From positions 14,322,001 through 14,386,000 of the forward strand of contig NC_043014.1 of the NCBI RefSeq assembly GCF_006345805.1: a stretch of DNA of 64,000 bases, written 5' to 3'. This DNA is from Octopus sinensis (Eukaryota). Position 1 is the stretch's first letter. Every line of letters starts with the position of its first letter. The translations under genes and the position numbers were made by a program. Of the stretch, positions 1 to 10,737 are shown in pieces. Under the pieces are notes generated by a model. The model was not told the origin of the DNA and made no database searches. It saw only the letters and a program-made list of their open reading frames with translations.

Positions 1-397
1 GTCGGGTCGTCAGCGACCAAACCGCAACCCCACCAAGCTTGCTTGGCGAGGAGGGTGTTTATTGGACACCCTGCGGGATGAAAAACAAAAGCCGTCAAAG
101 GGCAGAGGAACTCTTGAGAGTCAACGGCCAGCCAATAAATGTCTTAAGGCTGTATCATGCGCGGGGACATAGAAATAATCGGACTGAATACCCGATCGCG
201 CGGTTAAACCATTGGGAGTGACGGACTCCTAGCCTTTGTTAGGGTATCCTTCTAGGAGAAGGTAACTCAGGTAACTGGGATAACTCCAATATAAAACCTG
301 CGGCTCAGTGGTTATCGATGATATTGACTTGTTCTTCTTTTCGGATTATGGCTGCTGTTGCTTAGTGAGTGGGATTGACTCAGTGCACAGCCTTTCC
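1..397 (+). mobile_element. Probable 5' region of a non-LTR retrotransposon (RTE-like), cut by the window start
   Basis: GC-richer, hairpin-rich segment (AGGGTG..CACCCT; GGTCG..CGACC) with a CTAGGAGAAGGTAACTC motif resembling RTE-clade 5' UTRs. No recognisable ORF. Confidence 0.3.
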
Positions 398-601
398 TCA
401 CTTTAAAAAAAATCTTCTTGCACAAGCATTGCACGATAGCAACATACATTGATTAAGCTTCGTGCAATGGCCATACTCGATAACGAGGGGGCAGCCACCA
501 TGTATGTACGTACGTATGCATGTACGTATGTACGTATGTACGTACGTACGTACGTATGTATGTATGTATTTAGTTGCATATCTAGACATGCTCTTACATA
601 T

Positions 602-1200
602 TTAAATGATAAACTTCAGGAATGTTTTACAGATTTTTACAGTTCCAATGATGGATTGAATCTGTAGCATTCGAATTAGCTTTCTCCTTTCAGGTTTTGA
701 GAAGCCTAATATCTCAATATTGGTATTTAGGCAGTGTGCTACATATCCCAGTGCCCTAATAATTACAGGTATAAACCTGCACTTGTAATCTGGATAGAGT
801 AACTGCAGATTTCTCAGTTGTTCAGTATAGGTGTTCTTTCGTTCACTGATCTTCACCATAATATTCACTGGGAAGTTAACTTCTACGACTGTACAATTTC
901 TCTTCTCCCAAATCATTATATCAGATCTGTTGTGCTTACATTTTATTGAGGTTTTCACTTGTATATTCCACCAGTATTCCTTTTTATTATGAGTGGCTAT
1001 GGCTTCTATCATATTGTGGCTTATTTCTTTGTCCTCGAGATTATCCTTCCGATGGATTTCATTATGGAGTGTCCTAGCTACAACGTCATGTCTCATCGGT
1101 AGATAATACTGTGATGACATTTTCGGACAATTGTTTATGTTGCATGCCCTTCAAAGTGAGAGCTAGTAACCTAGCTATTCGTCCATGATAAACTGCTTGT
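602..1200 (-). mobile_element. 3' fragment of a restriction-like-endonuclease (RLE) non-LTR retrotransposon (R4/Dong-NeSL group), 5'-truncated, in (CATA)n
   Basis: ORF 602..1120 has CPKM...RHD.VA, NRSDIMIW, VVEV and IPVIIRALG, matching the RLE PD-(D/E)xK domain. Short 3' UTR, with (TATG/TACG)n at 501-567 and (TATG)n at 1199-1238 on either side. Confidence 0.8.
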
Positions 1201-1517
1201 ATGTATGTATGTATGTATGTATGTATGTATGTATGTATTTTAAATACCTGGATGCGTAACGGTTTTCCAGACCGACTAATTTAACCTAAATTTCTAAATA
1301 CATGTGGTAATTGTTATTAAAGAACACAGCCTCTTTATCTATTTATCTAACACATTATCCATCTGTATTGATTCGATTGATATTAGCTTCTACACTATTC
1401 ACCGCCCTTAACTGTGATATATTTACCACTGAACTATGTATAATTACAGATAAGTATACGATGCGCACGCACGCACACACACACCACACACACACCACAC
1501 ACACACACACACACACA

Positions 1518-1551
<34 letters not shown>

Positions 1552-1996
1552 TTATCTCTCTCTTTCCCTTTACAACAGCTGTTCGTATTGAAACAATGCA
1601 AAGAAATCATTACAGGTCTTGAGATCAATAGTCGGTTTAATATTAATACCTTTATACAAAAATCACTATCACAGAAAACTTTCATAAGATGACTTCTACG
1701 TGAATACCTTTTCTTTTTTCCACTTCTTCTCGCAGTAGGGAGTACGAAAGGACAAGCTGGCGGGAATTACGAGCAAATGAAACGACTCCAAACGATATTC
1801 GACTCTCGGATCGCTCTAACTCTGGTATGACTCATTATTTGTATACGTTTCCTTCTCAATCAATCCTTTTTTCCTATGTTTAAATTGGCCGATTTTGTAC
1901 ATTACATTCATACATACCTACATGCAACCATAATACATACTTACTTATATACATAATGTACGCTATACATAATATACATATAATATATTATACGTA

Positions 1997-2205
1997 GGCC
2001 CAGGAGTGGTTGTGTGGTAAGTAGTTTCCGGGTTCAGTCCCACTGCGTGGCACCTTGGGCAATTGTCTTCTTCTATAGCCTTGGGCCAACCAAAGCCTTG
2101 TGAGTGGATTTGGTAGACGGAAACTGAAAGAAGCCCCTCGTATATATGTATATGTATATGTATATGTATGTACATATATATATATATATATATAAAACAC
2201 AGACA

Positions 2206-2238
<33 letters not shown>

Positions 2239-2445
2239 ATATGTTTGTGTGTCTGTGTTTGTCCCTACAACATCGCTTGACAACCGATGCTGGTGCGTTT
2301 ACGTCCCCGTAACTTAGCGGTTCGGCAAAAGGGACCGATAGAATAATTACTAGGCTTACAAAGAATAAGTCCTGGGGTCGATTTGTTCGACTAAATGGCG
2401 GTGCCCCAGCATGGCCGCAGTCAAATGACTGAAATAAGTAAAAGC
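1997..2445 (+). mobile_element. tRNA-derived SINE, family A (GGCGCAGGAGTGGCTGTGTGG head, internal TA/TG microsatellite)
   Basis: Near-full copy. The family recurs at ~7231, 9706, 10730, 18788, 19335, 20905, 22623, 23290, 25850, 31610, 47318, 54678, 57150 and 58811. Confidence 0.85.
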
Positions 2446-2474
2446 GTATATAATATACATATTCTCGTTCTCGT

Positions 2475-2770
2475 CGCCCTTTTCAAGCCTAGCCAGGCTC
2501 ATGGGCCCGGTTTCCCGGTTACTATGGCATATGTGTTCCCCAGCTGAACGAGACGCCAGTCCATCGCAGCGTTACTCAAGATCAGAAAGAGAAAGTGAAA
2601 GTTGTGGCGGTAGAGTACAACAGGGGTCGCCACCACCCCCTGCTGGAGCCTCGTGGAGCTTTTAGGTGTTCTCACTCAATAAACACACACAACGCCCGGT
2701 CTGGGAATCGAAACCGCGATCCTCCGACCGCTAGTCCGCTGCCCTAACCACTGGGCCATTGCACCTCCAC
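2475..2770 (-). mobile_element. tRNA-derived SINE, family B (GGAGGCGCAATGGCC head), tail type 2
   Basis: A/B-box head (TAGTGGTTAG, GTTTCGATTCC) and a tail containing GCTGCGATGGACTGGCGTC. An adjacent variant copy lies at 2781-3026. Confidence 0.8.
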
Positions 2771-3496
2771 TAAATAAATGCGCTCTTTTAAAACCTAGCC
2801 TGGCTCATGGGCCCGGTTTCCCGGTTTCTATGGTGTAAGTGTTCCCTAGCTGGACGGGACGCCAGTCCATCGCAGCGTTACTCATTTTTGCCAGCAGAGT
2901 GGATTGGAGCAACGTGAAATGAAGTGTTTTGCTCAAGAACACAATGCTTCGCCCGGTCCAGGAATCGAAACTACAATCTTACGATCATGATGCTGACACC
3001 CTAGCCACTAAGCCACGCACCTCCACAATATACATATTATATATAATATAATATAATATAATATAATATAATATAATATAATATACATAATATTATATAA
3101 TATAATATAATATAATATATATATAATATACATATATATAATATACACTATACACATTATACACATTTACGTAATACATGGTGAATAGGGAATTATGACC
3201 AAATGAAATGACTCCAAACGATATTTGACTCTCGGATCGCTTTAACGCTGGTATGACTCATTATTTGTATGTGTTTCCTTCTCAGTCCTTTTTACCCATT
3301 TTGAAATTAGTTGATTTTCTTCATTACATTCATACATGCAGCCATAACACACACTTATATATACATACATAATGTACACAATATATACATAATAAATATA
3401 TGCATAATACATGGTGAAAGGGGAATTATGACCAAATGATATGACTCCGAACGATATTTGACTGTCGGATGGCTTTGACTCTGATGTGACTGTCAT

Positions 3497-3707
3497 TATT
3501 ACCTCTGCCTTAGCGAAGGCGGAGGTATTGTTTTCAGTCGCACTTGTTTGTTTGTCCGTGGACGACATATCTCAAGAATCACTGGATTGATTCGAATGAA
3601 ACTTTCAGGGATGTTTGGCCGCGTAACTGGCACGAACTGATTAAATTTTGGGATCGATCCGGTACCGGACAAGAATTCTGGATTATTTTCCCGTTTTCTG
3701 ATTTCGG
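3497..3707 (+). mobile_element. Non-autonomous Helentron/DINE-1-like element (partial)
   Basis: Starts TTATTACCTCTGCC..GGCGGAGGT (short inverted repeat), followed by a GTTT/GTCC microsatellite-like tract and GATTGATTCGAATGAAACTTT, typical of this class. Confidence 0.5.
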
Positions 3708-3912
3708 GCTTAATTCCCTGTCAGCATATACGTATCCATCATAAAAATTCATGGATGATTCAGTGAATCGCTATTTATGTATACACATTATGTATACACA
3801 TTTATGTATACACATTTATGTATTTATGTATACACATTAGCGATTCGTTAATTCATCCATGAATTTTTATGGTGTATACATATGTGCTGATAGAGAATTA
3901 AGCCCGAAATCA
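3708..3912. repeat. Imperfect ~70-bp inverted repeat around a (TTTATGTATACACA)n spacer, directly upstream of a hammerhead
   Basis: CTGATTTCGGGCTTAATT...GAATCGCTA pairs with TAGCGATTC...AATTAAGCCCGAAATCAG. Confidence 0.85.
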
Positions 3913-3991
3913 GCCGAACGAGCAGTCTTTACTGAAGAGGCTAAGGAAATAGCCGAAACTTACCGTTTAGTATAAGGAATTCTTGATCGGT
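3913..3991 (+). ncRNA. Type I hammerhead ribozyme with extended stem I
   Basis: Core CUGAAGA 3932-38, stem II GGCUA/UAGCC with loop AGGAAA, GAAA 3955-58, stem III ACU/AGU, GUA triplet (predicted cut 3972/3973), stem I UCUUUA/UAAGGA, then an internal loop and distal pairs CGAG/CUUG and CCGA/UCGG. Confidence 0.85.
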
Positions 3992-4114
3992 GTTCTGGAG
4001 GATTGCAGTCCCTATGAGTATATGTGTATACAATTATGTGTTTTTCCAACAGAATTAGAGCATTCTAGCTCTTATTTCAAGCAATGTAGGTATCCTGACA
4101 CCCTTAGTCGCATA

Positions 4115-4330
4115 TATATATTATATAAAATCCATTCTGTCTGTCTGTGTGTCTTCTAGGATCTCGGGCATCCTCCATCCGATTGCGCTCAAATTTGATA
4201 TGTAGATACCGACGGTATCAGGGCGTGTATAAGTCTTGAAAAAATTACAAAAATCGATTCCAGGTGAGAATGCGATCGATAAAGCCGTGGGAACATACAT
4301 TTGTAAAATCTATTTTTATTTCTTCTTTTG
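4115..4330 (+). mobile_element. Non-autonomous Helitron/Helentron-like fragment
   Basis: TATATAAAA start, (CTGT)n tract and CCGATTGCGCTCAAATTTG motif. Confidence 0.45.
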
Positions 4331-4501
4331 CTGGTGTCTCAAATTTAGGTTAAATCAGTGTTTCTCAAAGGGGAGGCCTATATGACGGTCGGACAAGTTG
4401 CTTTGAGAAAATTTGGTTTAAATGTTTGACAACTCAGCACCGTCCATTGGACGGGAGGCGTTTTGCTCGTATATATATATATATATATGTCGGTGCGTGT
4501 G

Positions 4502-5388
4502 TACAAGGGGGTATTCAAAATTAACCGGAAACGTTCTCTGTGGAACAAACTCATTGTAGTTCAGGCTTCCGCCTCTAGAAGCTACTTCATGCAACCCTCA
4601 GGCATCAGTCTGCAGATTGGTGTCTTTGGGTTAAGTTGTGCTACAACGTGGTGTGCCTTTGTTTTGCTGTGCTTCTTCCCTGTTCGTTGATTTTTGCGAT
4701 GGCTGAAACGAAGGAACAGCGTGTTCCTGTGAAGTTCTGTTTTCTGCTGGGGAAAAACGGCGGCCGAAACAGTTGTCATGCTTCAAACAGGTAACAAGGA
4801 CGCTGCCATGAACAAAACACAAGTATACGAATGGTTTCCACGCTTTAGGAACGGTCACTTGTCGCTTGAAAACTAGCCTCGTACAGGACGACTGTCGATC
4901 TCCTGTACGAACAAAAGCATGAAAATTCATGAACTGATCTTGGAGGACCGTCACCGAACAATTCATGAACTTGTTGATATGGGTGGTGTGTCCTGAAGCT
5001 CACACCAACGAATTTTGAGCGAGAAATTGCGAATGAAAATAGTTGCAGCAAAATTTGTGCTCAGCTTGTTCTCGGAAGATCAAAAGCACTCACGACTGAA
5101 TGCGTGTCGTAAACTGAAACAACTAGTTGGAACTTGATCCGGATCTTTTTTCGAAGGTCATCACTGGTGCTATGTGGAAGGGGTGAAAAAAAAAAAAAAC
5201 GACGGAGGTGTTAAAAAGCATCACTTCGCAAGAGTTCTAGCACTGCTTTGTAAAGTGGAAAACGCGCCTGGACCGATGCATTGCTTTAAATGCAGAATAC
5301 TTTGAAGGCGATATAAGTGTAAACATGTAAAACTAAGTCAATAAAATAATATTGCAAAATTCAGGTTTCTTTTGGGTACTCCCTCGCA
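4502..5388 (+). mobile_element. Internally deleted mariner transposon relic
   Basis: TA plus degenerate TIRs (CAAGGGGGTATTCAAAA / TTTTGGGTACTCCCTCG). From ATG 4699 the frameshifted translation gives MAETKEQRV.VKFCFLLGK..AETV.ML...VYEWF.RF..G...PRTGR, the mariner HTH region, joined to a transposase C-terminus. Confidence 0.85.
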
Positions 5389-5396
5389 TGTATATA

Positions 5397-5477
<81 letters not shown>

Positions 5478-5554
5478 TATATATATATATATATATATTA
5501 TATATAAGTAAATAAATGGAGTTGAACGACGCAGGTGTTATTCAAATTCTTTTA

Positions 5555-5640
5555 CTTTCGACATATGTTTCGAAGGCAACATTGGTTTTATTCCAAAGGA
5601 ACAAACGGTGTAAAATAATGTAATCTTCCCATCAGGAAAG
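5555..5640 (-). ncRNA. Degenerate type I hammerhead (A9->G) within a Penelope-LTR-like short element (~5500-5800)
   Basis: Minus strand: stem I CUUUC/GAAAG, core CUGAUGG, stem II GAAG/CUUC with a long loop, GAAAC-AUAU-GUC. Confidence 0.7.
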
Positions 5641-5804
5641 AAAGAGATCCTATCTCAACAACAAGACATTATTGCACATTAACCCGGAGTTTCTACCTTT
5701 GAATAGGTCGCTACATCTTTGTTACTTGCGTGAATTTTGCTACCCTGGTAACTGTTTATTGAATTTTCCATGTTAACTGTAAATAAAGGCTAATTCATTC
5801 ATCC

Positions 5805-5865
<61 letters not shown>

Positions 5866-6016
5866 CTATATATATATATATATATATATATAACTATTAC
5901 ATATACATACATATATAGATGAACAACACACAGGCACTCACACACACACACGCACGCTCACGCGCACGCACGCGCGCACACACACAGACACACACACACA
6001 GACACACACAGACACA

Positions 6017-6072
<56 letters not shown>

Positions 6073-6461
6073 ACTGTTCGGCAAAAGACACCAGCCAATT
6101 AAATATAAAGAATTGAGTAGTAGGGGCCACTTGTTCGGCTAGACCCTTCAAGGTGGTACCCCACCATAGCCACAATCCAGTGACTAAAACGAGTGAAGGA
6201 TAAAAATAAAAGCGAAATATGCCGTTTAATTTATGCCATTTGCTAACATTATCAACAAATTAATTATTGTTAGTATCTACAGTGACAAAAGTATATTTCT
6301 TATAATACCAGTCATATAACGAGTAATTTGCTTAATGACTACTTTGGGTTATTTATCTAAGGTTTTTGTTTAAATTATGTAAATTACCTTGGCCATAACT
6401 ATTTTCAACTTATTTTGTATAATTCTGATTTCCTTGATTAGTAGAAATAAGGTCGGGCAAC

Positions 6462-6503
6462 TGTGCTGATGACGGTTATTCACACTGAAACACACATCGA
6501 CGA
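6462..6503 (+). ncRNA. CpG-decayed hammerhead relic
   Basis: CTGATGA-C-GGT-TATTCAC-ACT-GAAACACACATC equals a GAAACGCGCGTC-type HHR with three CpG->CpA changes. A related 3' half, TCATTCTCACCGAAACGCGCGT, lies at 29352-29374. Confidence 0.45.
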
Positions 6504-7065
6504 CTGTCCATTTATCTCTGGACAACTAATGGTTCCTTTCCTTGAATGGCATGTCAACTTTAGAGAGGTCTCGAATATTGTAATTATCTCCCCCTTTTTA
6601 AGTGAATCTGGTCTTAATTGCAATTTGGGAGATACGCAAGAATTTATGATGTATGGTATTTGATATACCTGCATCTCTATGACGCGTAATACAAATCTTG
6701 TTGTAACCAAGGGACATAAATCTACCAAGATGAGAGTTATCTCCCTTTAAAGGAGACAGTCAGAGATAAAAGAGAGAGTGAGAGAGATAGAGCGATAGAG
6801 ATAGAGATAGATAAAGAGAGAGATAGAGATAGTGCGAGAAAGTGAGACAGTCAGAGATAAAAGAGAGAGTGAGAGAGATAGAGCGATAGAGATAGAGATA
6901 GATAAAGAGAGAGATAGAGATAGTGCGAGAAAGAGAGAGAGAGAGAAAATTCTATTAATCGATTCTGTCAATAGAGATAGATAAACAGAAATAGAGATAG
7001 AGAGAGAGAAAGAGAGAGAGAGAACTCTATTAATCGATTCTGTCAATAGAGATAGATAAACAAAT

Positions 7066-7131
<66 letters not shown>

Positions 7132-7554
7132 ATTCTATTAGTCAATTCTGTCAATAAATCTTCATTCACTTCGTAAGTTTGAGAATAATTGTTGGTGTTT
7201 ATCCGTTGAGGTATTTTTAAATAGCTTTCTTTGTGTTTCTTGTTTCAGTCATTAGACTGTGGCCATGCTGGGGCACCGCCTTGAAGGATTTTAGTCGAAT
7301 GAATCGACCCCAGTACTTATTTTTTAAAGACTGGTACTTATTCTATCAGCTGTCTTTTGCCGAACCGCCAAGTTACGGAGACGTAAACACACCAATACCG
7401 TTTGTTAAGCGGTGGCGGGAGACAAACACAGTCACACACACACACATACACACACATATACACACACACACATACAGACACCCCCCACACATATCCACAC
7501 CCACGCTCTCATACACAAATCCACTCGGAATACTTTGGTCGGCTCGAGGTTATA

Positions 7555-7904
7555 GACAGACAAACGGATTAAGTCGATTATATCTACTCCAGTGCGTAAC
7601 CGGTACTTATTTAATCGACCCCGAAAGGATGAAAGACAAAGTCGACCTCGGAACGTAGCGGCAGACGAAATACCTATTTCTTTATTACCCACAAGGGGCT
7701 AAACACAGAGGGGACAAACAAGGACAGACATAGGTATTAAGTCGATTATATCGACCCCAATGCGTAACTGGTACTTAATTTATTGACCCCGAAAGGATGA
7801 AAAGCAAAGTCGACCTCGGAGGAATTTGAACTCACAACGTAACGCAGACGAAATACCGCAAAGCATTTCGCCCAGCGTGCTAACGTTTCTGCCAGCTTAC
7901 CGCC
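7555..7904 (-). mobile_element. tRNA-derived SINE, family C (GGCGGCGAGCTGGCAGAA head), tandem partial units
   Basis: Head, GAGTTCAAATTCC B-box and GTCGAC body. The tail ends GCCCCTTGTGGGTAATAAAGAAATAG and is followed by a second headless unit. Confidence 0.8.
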
Positions 7905-8281
7905 TTCTTACCACACAGCAACACCTGTATATTTTGTTTTAGAAGCGACACATGAGCACAGCGAAGGGATCATTTAATTACTTTGATCTCACCTCTTTCA
8001 GATTTCGAAGACGTTGATAGTTCTTCGAAAAATTTTTGTGAAAACTTAAAATCTAAAATAACTAAAAAACAAAAACACCTTCAATATGATGGCAAACGAA
8101 AAAGAGGGGAGAGTTTGAGGAAATAGAAAGAAATTGTGATATGGGGAGGAAGTTAGGAAAAAAAAAAGAATACTACTACAGGGGAGAGAACCCTTCCATG
8201 TCAGCAACAGCCTAACCGGCACCGTTATCACTATTGTCGCTGGCTATAACAACACTACCAGTAACAACGCCACCACTACCA

Positions 8282-8353
8282 TCATGCCATTTGTTGCTCC
8301 ATGTGACCTCCATAGCCGGCTATGGAGGTCACATGGAGCAACAAATGGCATGA
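8282..8353. repeat. Perfect 72-bp palindrome with no spacer
   Basis: The 36-bp arm TCATGCCATTTGTTGCTCCATGTGACCTCCATAGCC is followed immediately by its exact reverse complement. Confidence 0.95.
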
Positions 8354-9231
8354 CGCCTCTTCAGGATAAAGCTAAACCCTAATTCTAGTCCTAACATTAT
8401 AGTTTTAACAAATCATCCCATGAACAGCAGCGAAGATGGTGGCTTCAGATATGTACTCGTGTATACCCTGTATGGGTCCGTGCGACCATATATTTTTAGG
8501 CGTCCTTGGAATGTCCGTCCCGTTAGTGCTAGTGGACAATTGGAATAGGATCTAGAAAGCACACTGAGATGGCGTGAGGATCTCTCTGAAGGAAGATTTT
8601 AGGATAGAAACAATAGAGCATGGTAACAGGTCCGACTGCGGATCAGGAAATTAGAAAATGTAATGCGACCGACGTTATTGTGGCGATAATGGTGCTTTAT
8701 TTCCTTGACACAAAAATCACAAAGGTTGCGTTGTCAGAGCTAAAGCGCGTGCTTTTTGATGCGAGAGAGTGAAGAATCGTTCGCTGAATCCGAGTAAAAG
8801 AGGCGTGACGTTGAAACATTGCCACAATTGATGGGCCACTACAAGAAGATACTATTTTATTGGAAGTTGTAACAAGATGAGAATCTCAGGAACACTTGAG
8901 GGGGTGTCTGTCTTATCTTGTCAGATGCAATTTTCGAAGAAAGAACCAAAATCCGACTATCTTCAATAACAATAAATAATACTTTATTTTCGGGTTTCAC
9001 AGGTAAAATATATACCTATATATTTCTTAAGGGCGAACAGGCAGCCAAGTCCACAAGACTGTTCACAAATGTTCACTCGTGTGATCCAACAAGATACTGT
9101 CTCCGTTCCCGCTTCGAAGAGAGAGCTTCTCTGTACGTAGGGTTTTCCCTGAGAGAAGTTTCACGTCCACTCGTTAGGGCTGCTCTTCCAAAAAGAAAGA
9201 TTTAGCGGGAACGCTTTCAGTTTGCAGTTCC

Positions 9232-9273
9232 TGCGCATGCGCACGAGGGAACTTCCGGCGGCCTACCGGAAGT
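9232..9273. promoter_or_regulatory. Promoter-like island: NRF1 palindrome plus an inverted ETS/GABP pair
   Basis: TGCGCATGCGCA at 9232-43, ACTTCCGG at 9251-58 and CCGGAAGT at 9266-73, in CpG-richer non-repetitive DNA. A YY1-like AAGATGGTGGC lies at ~8433. Confidence 0.6.
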
Positions 9274-9705
9274 AATCCAACTCTGCACATGCTCGCTGAA
9301 ACTTCCATAATAGCATCACTACAAAGTAAATATGTGTAGTTTTTTAGCAACACTTTATTTAAGTGTTTAGTAACCTGCTGTAACTTGAGGGAAGAAAAAG
9401 ATGACTGTGTCTAGAAGCTCATTAAATACCAAAAATTCCTTACACAGGACATTGAAATCAGCGGATGGTCTGAAAGTCACTATATTCTGATTGAAGTGGA
9501 AGAAACATCTAGAAGATATTTCTTGAAAAAATCTGGATGTTAAACTAAAAACAAATGCTTGAATCGAACTCCTGTATATAATTTTGTACGTATGTTTGAG
9601 GAAATATATTCTATGTATCAAAACAATTTTACACACGATCGATATTTTACGCACCTTCAAACAAACTCAATAAAAGGTCAGGTGATCAATAGCTAACAGA
9701 TTTTC

Positions 9706-10125
9706 TTTTACTCTTTTATTTGTTTCAGTCATTTTGACTGCGGCCATGCTGGAGCACCGCCTTTAGTCGAGCAAATCGACCTCAGGACTTATTCTTTGTA
9801 AGCCTAGTGCTTATTCTGTCGGTCTCTTTACCGAACCGCTATGTTACGGATACGTAAACACACCAGCATCGGTTGTCAAGCGATGTTGGGGGCGGGGGCA
9901 AACACAGACACACAAACATATACACACACAAACATATACACAGACACACACATATATGTATACGACGAGCTTCTTTCAGTTTCCGTCTACCACATTCACT
10001 CACAAGCCTTTGGTCGGCTCGAAGCTATAATAGAAGACACTTACCCAAGGTGCCACGCAGTGGGACTGAACCCGGAACCGTGTTGTTCGCAAGCAAGCTA
10101 CTTACCACACAGCCACTTCTATGCT
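9706..10125 (-). mobile_element. SINE family A, near full length
   Basis: Collinear with the other family A copies. Confidence 0.85.
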
Positions 10126-10440
10126 TGGAGAAATTTTTCATTCTTCTTCGGTGTCTCGTCACAATGGAGTCACACAACTGGCCTATTGAGACATTTGTCA
10201 GCAATGGTTAGTTGTAAAACAACTTTTCAGCAAGACAAAATTATGTAATGTTTTTCTTCCCTGCAACATTAAATATGATTTGAAATCGTCTTTTATCTTC
10301 TATTAGTTGTTTTGGTCATTGCACTGCAACCATGCTGGGACACCATCTTGAAGGGTGCCCTAGTATGGTTAAATTGATTTCAGTACTTATTTTTCTTTTC
10401 AAATCTGGTACTTGCCGAACCACTATGTCACGGGGGATGC

Positions 10441-10620
10441 ATGAGGGAGTGCTGAAAAATTCCTGGCTTTAAGGGTATCGCGAAAGGTTTGGTTAGAGGC
10501 CCAAACTTCTAAATTTTTTTTACAGGGCTTAGGAAAACGGAAGAATCGCTGCAATAAGTGTGTGAATCTTAGACGGCAATATGTTTAATAAAATCATGAT
10601 TTATTGATCCTCCTGTTTTT
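10441..10620 (+). mobile_element. Mariner-derived deletion element (TIR plus transposase 3' end)
   Basis: GAGGGAGTGCTGAAAAATTCCTGG TIR-like start joined to sequence reading like a mariner C-terminus (..KCVNLRRQYV). Confidence 0.5.
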
Positions 10621-10690
10621 TCCAGATGTCGAGAGGTGGGGGTGGGGTGGCGCACACGCACACACGTGCACACACACACACACACGTGCA

Positions 10691-10737
<47 letters not shown>

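Larger units (their letters stand above)
1757..3495. repeat. ~235-bp unit repeat (copies at ~1757-1985, ~3172-3410, partial 3410-3495) interrupted by SINEs
   Basis: GGGAATTA..CAAATGA..GACTCC.AACGATATT.GACT.TCGGAT.GCT recurs three times, and two copies also share the downstream sequence. Confidence 0.75.

Noticed and set aside
1-397. Possible HDV-like or twister ribozyme in the LINE-like 5' region
   Set aside because: I could not fold a convincing nested double pseudoknot or find twister consensus by eye. An Infernal scan would be needed.
6752-7145. GA-rich higher-order repeats
   Set aside because: Ordinary slippage-generated compound minisatellite.
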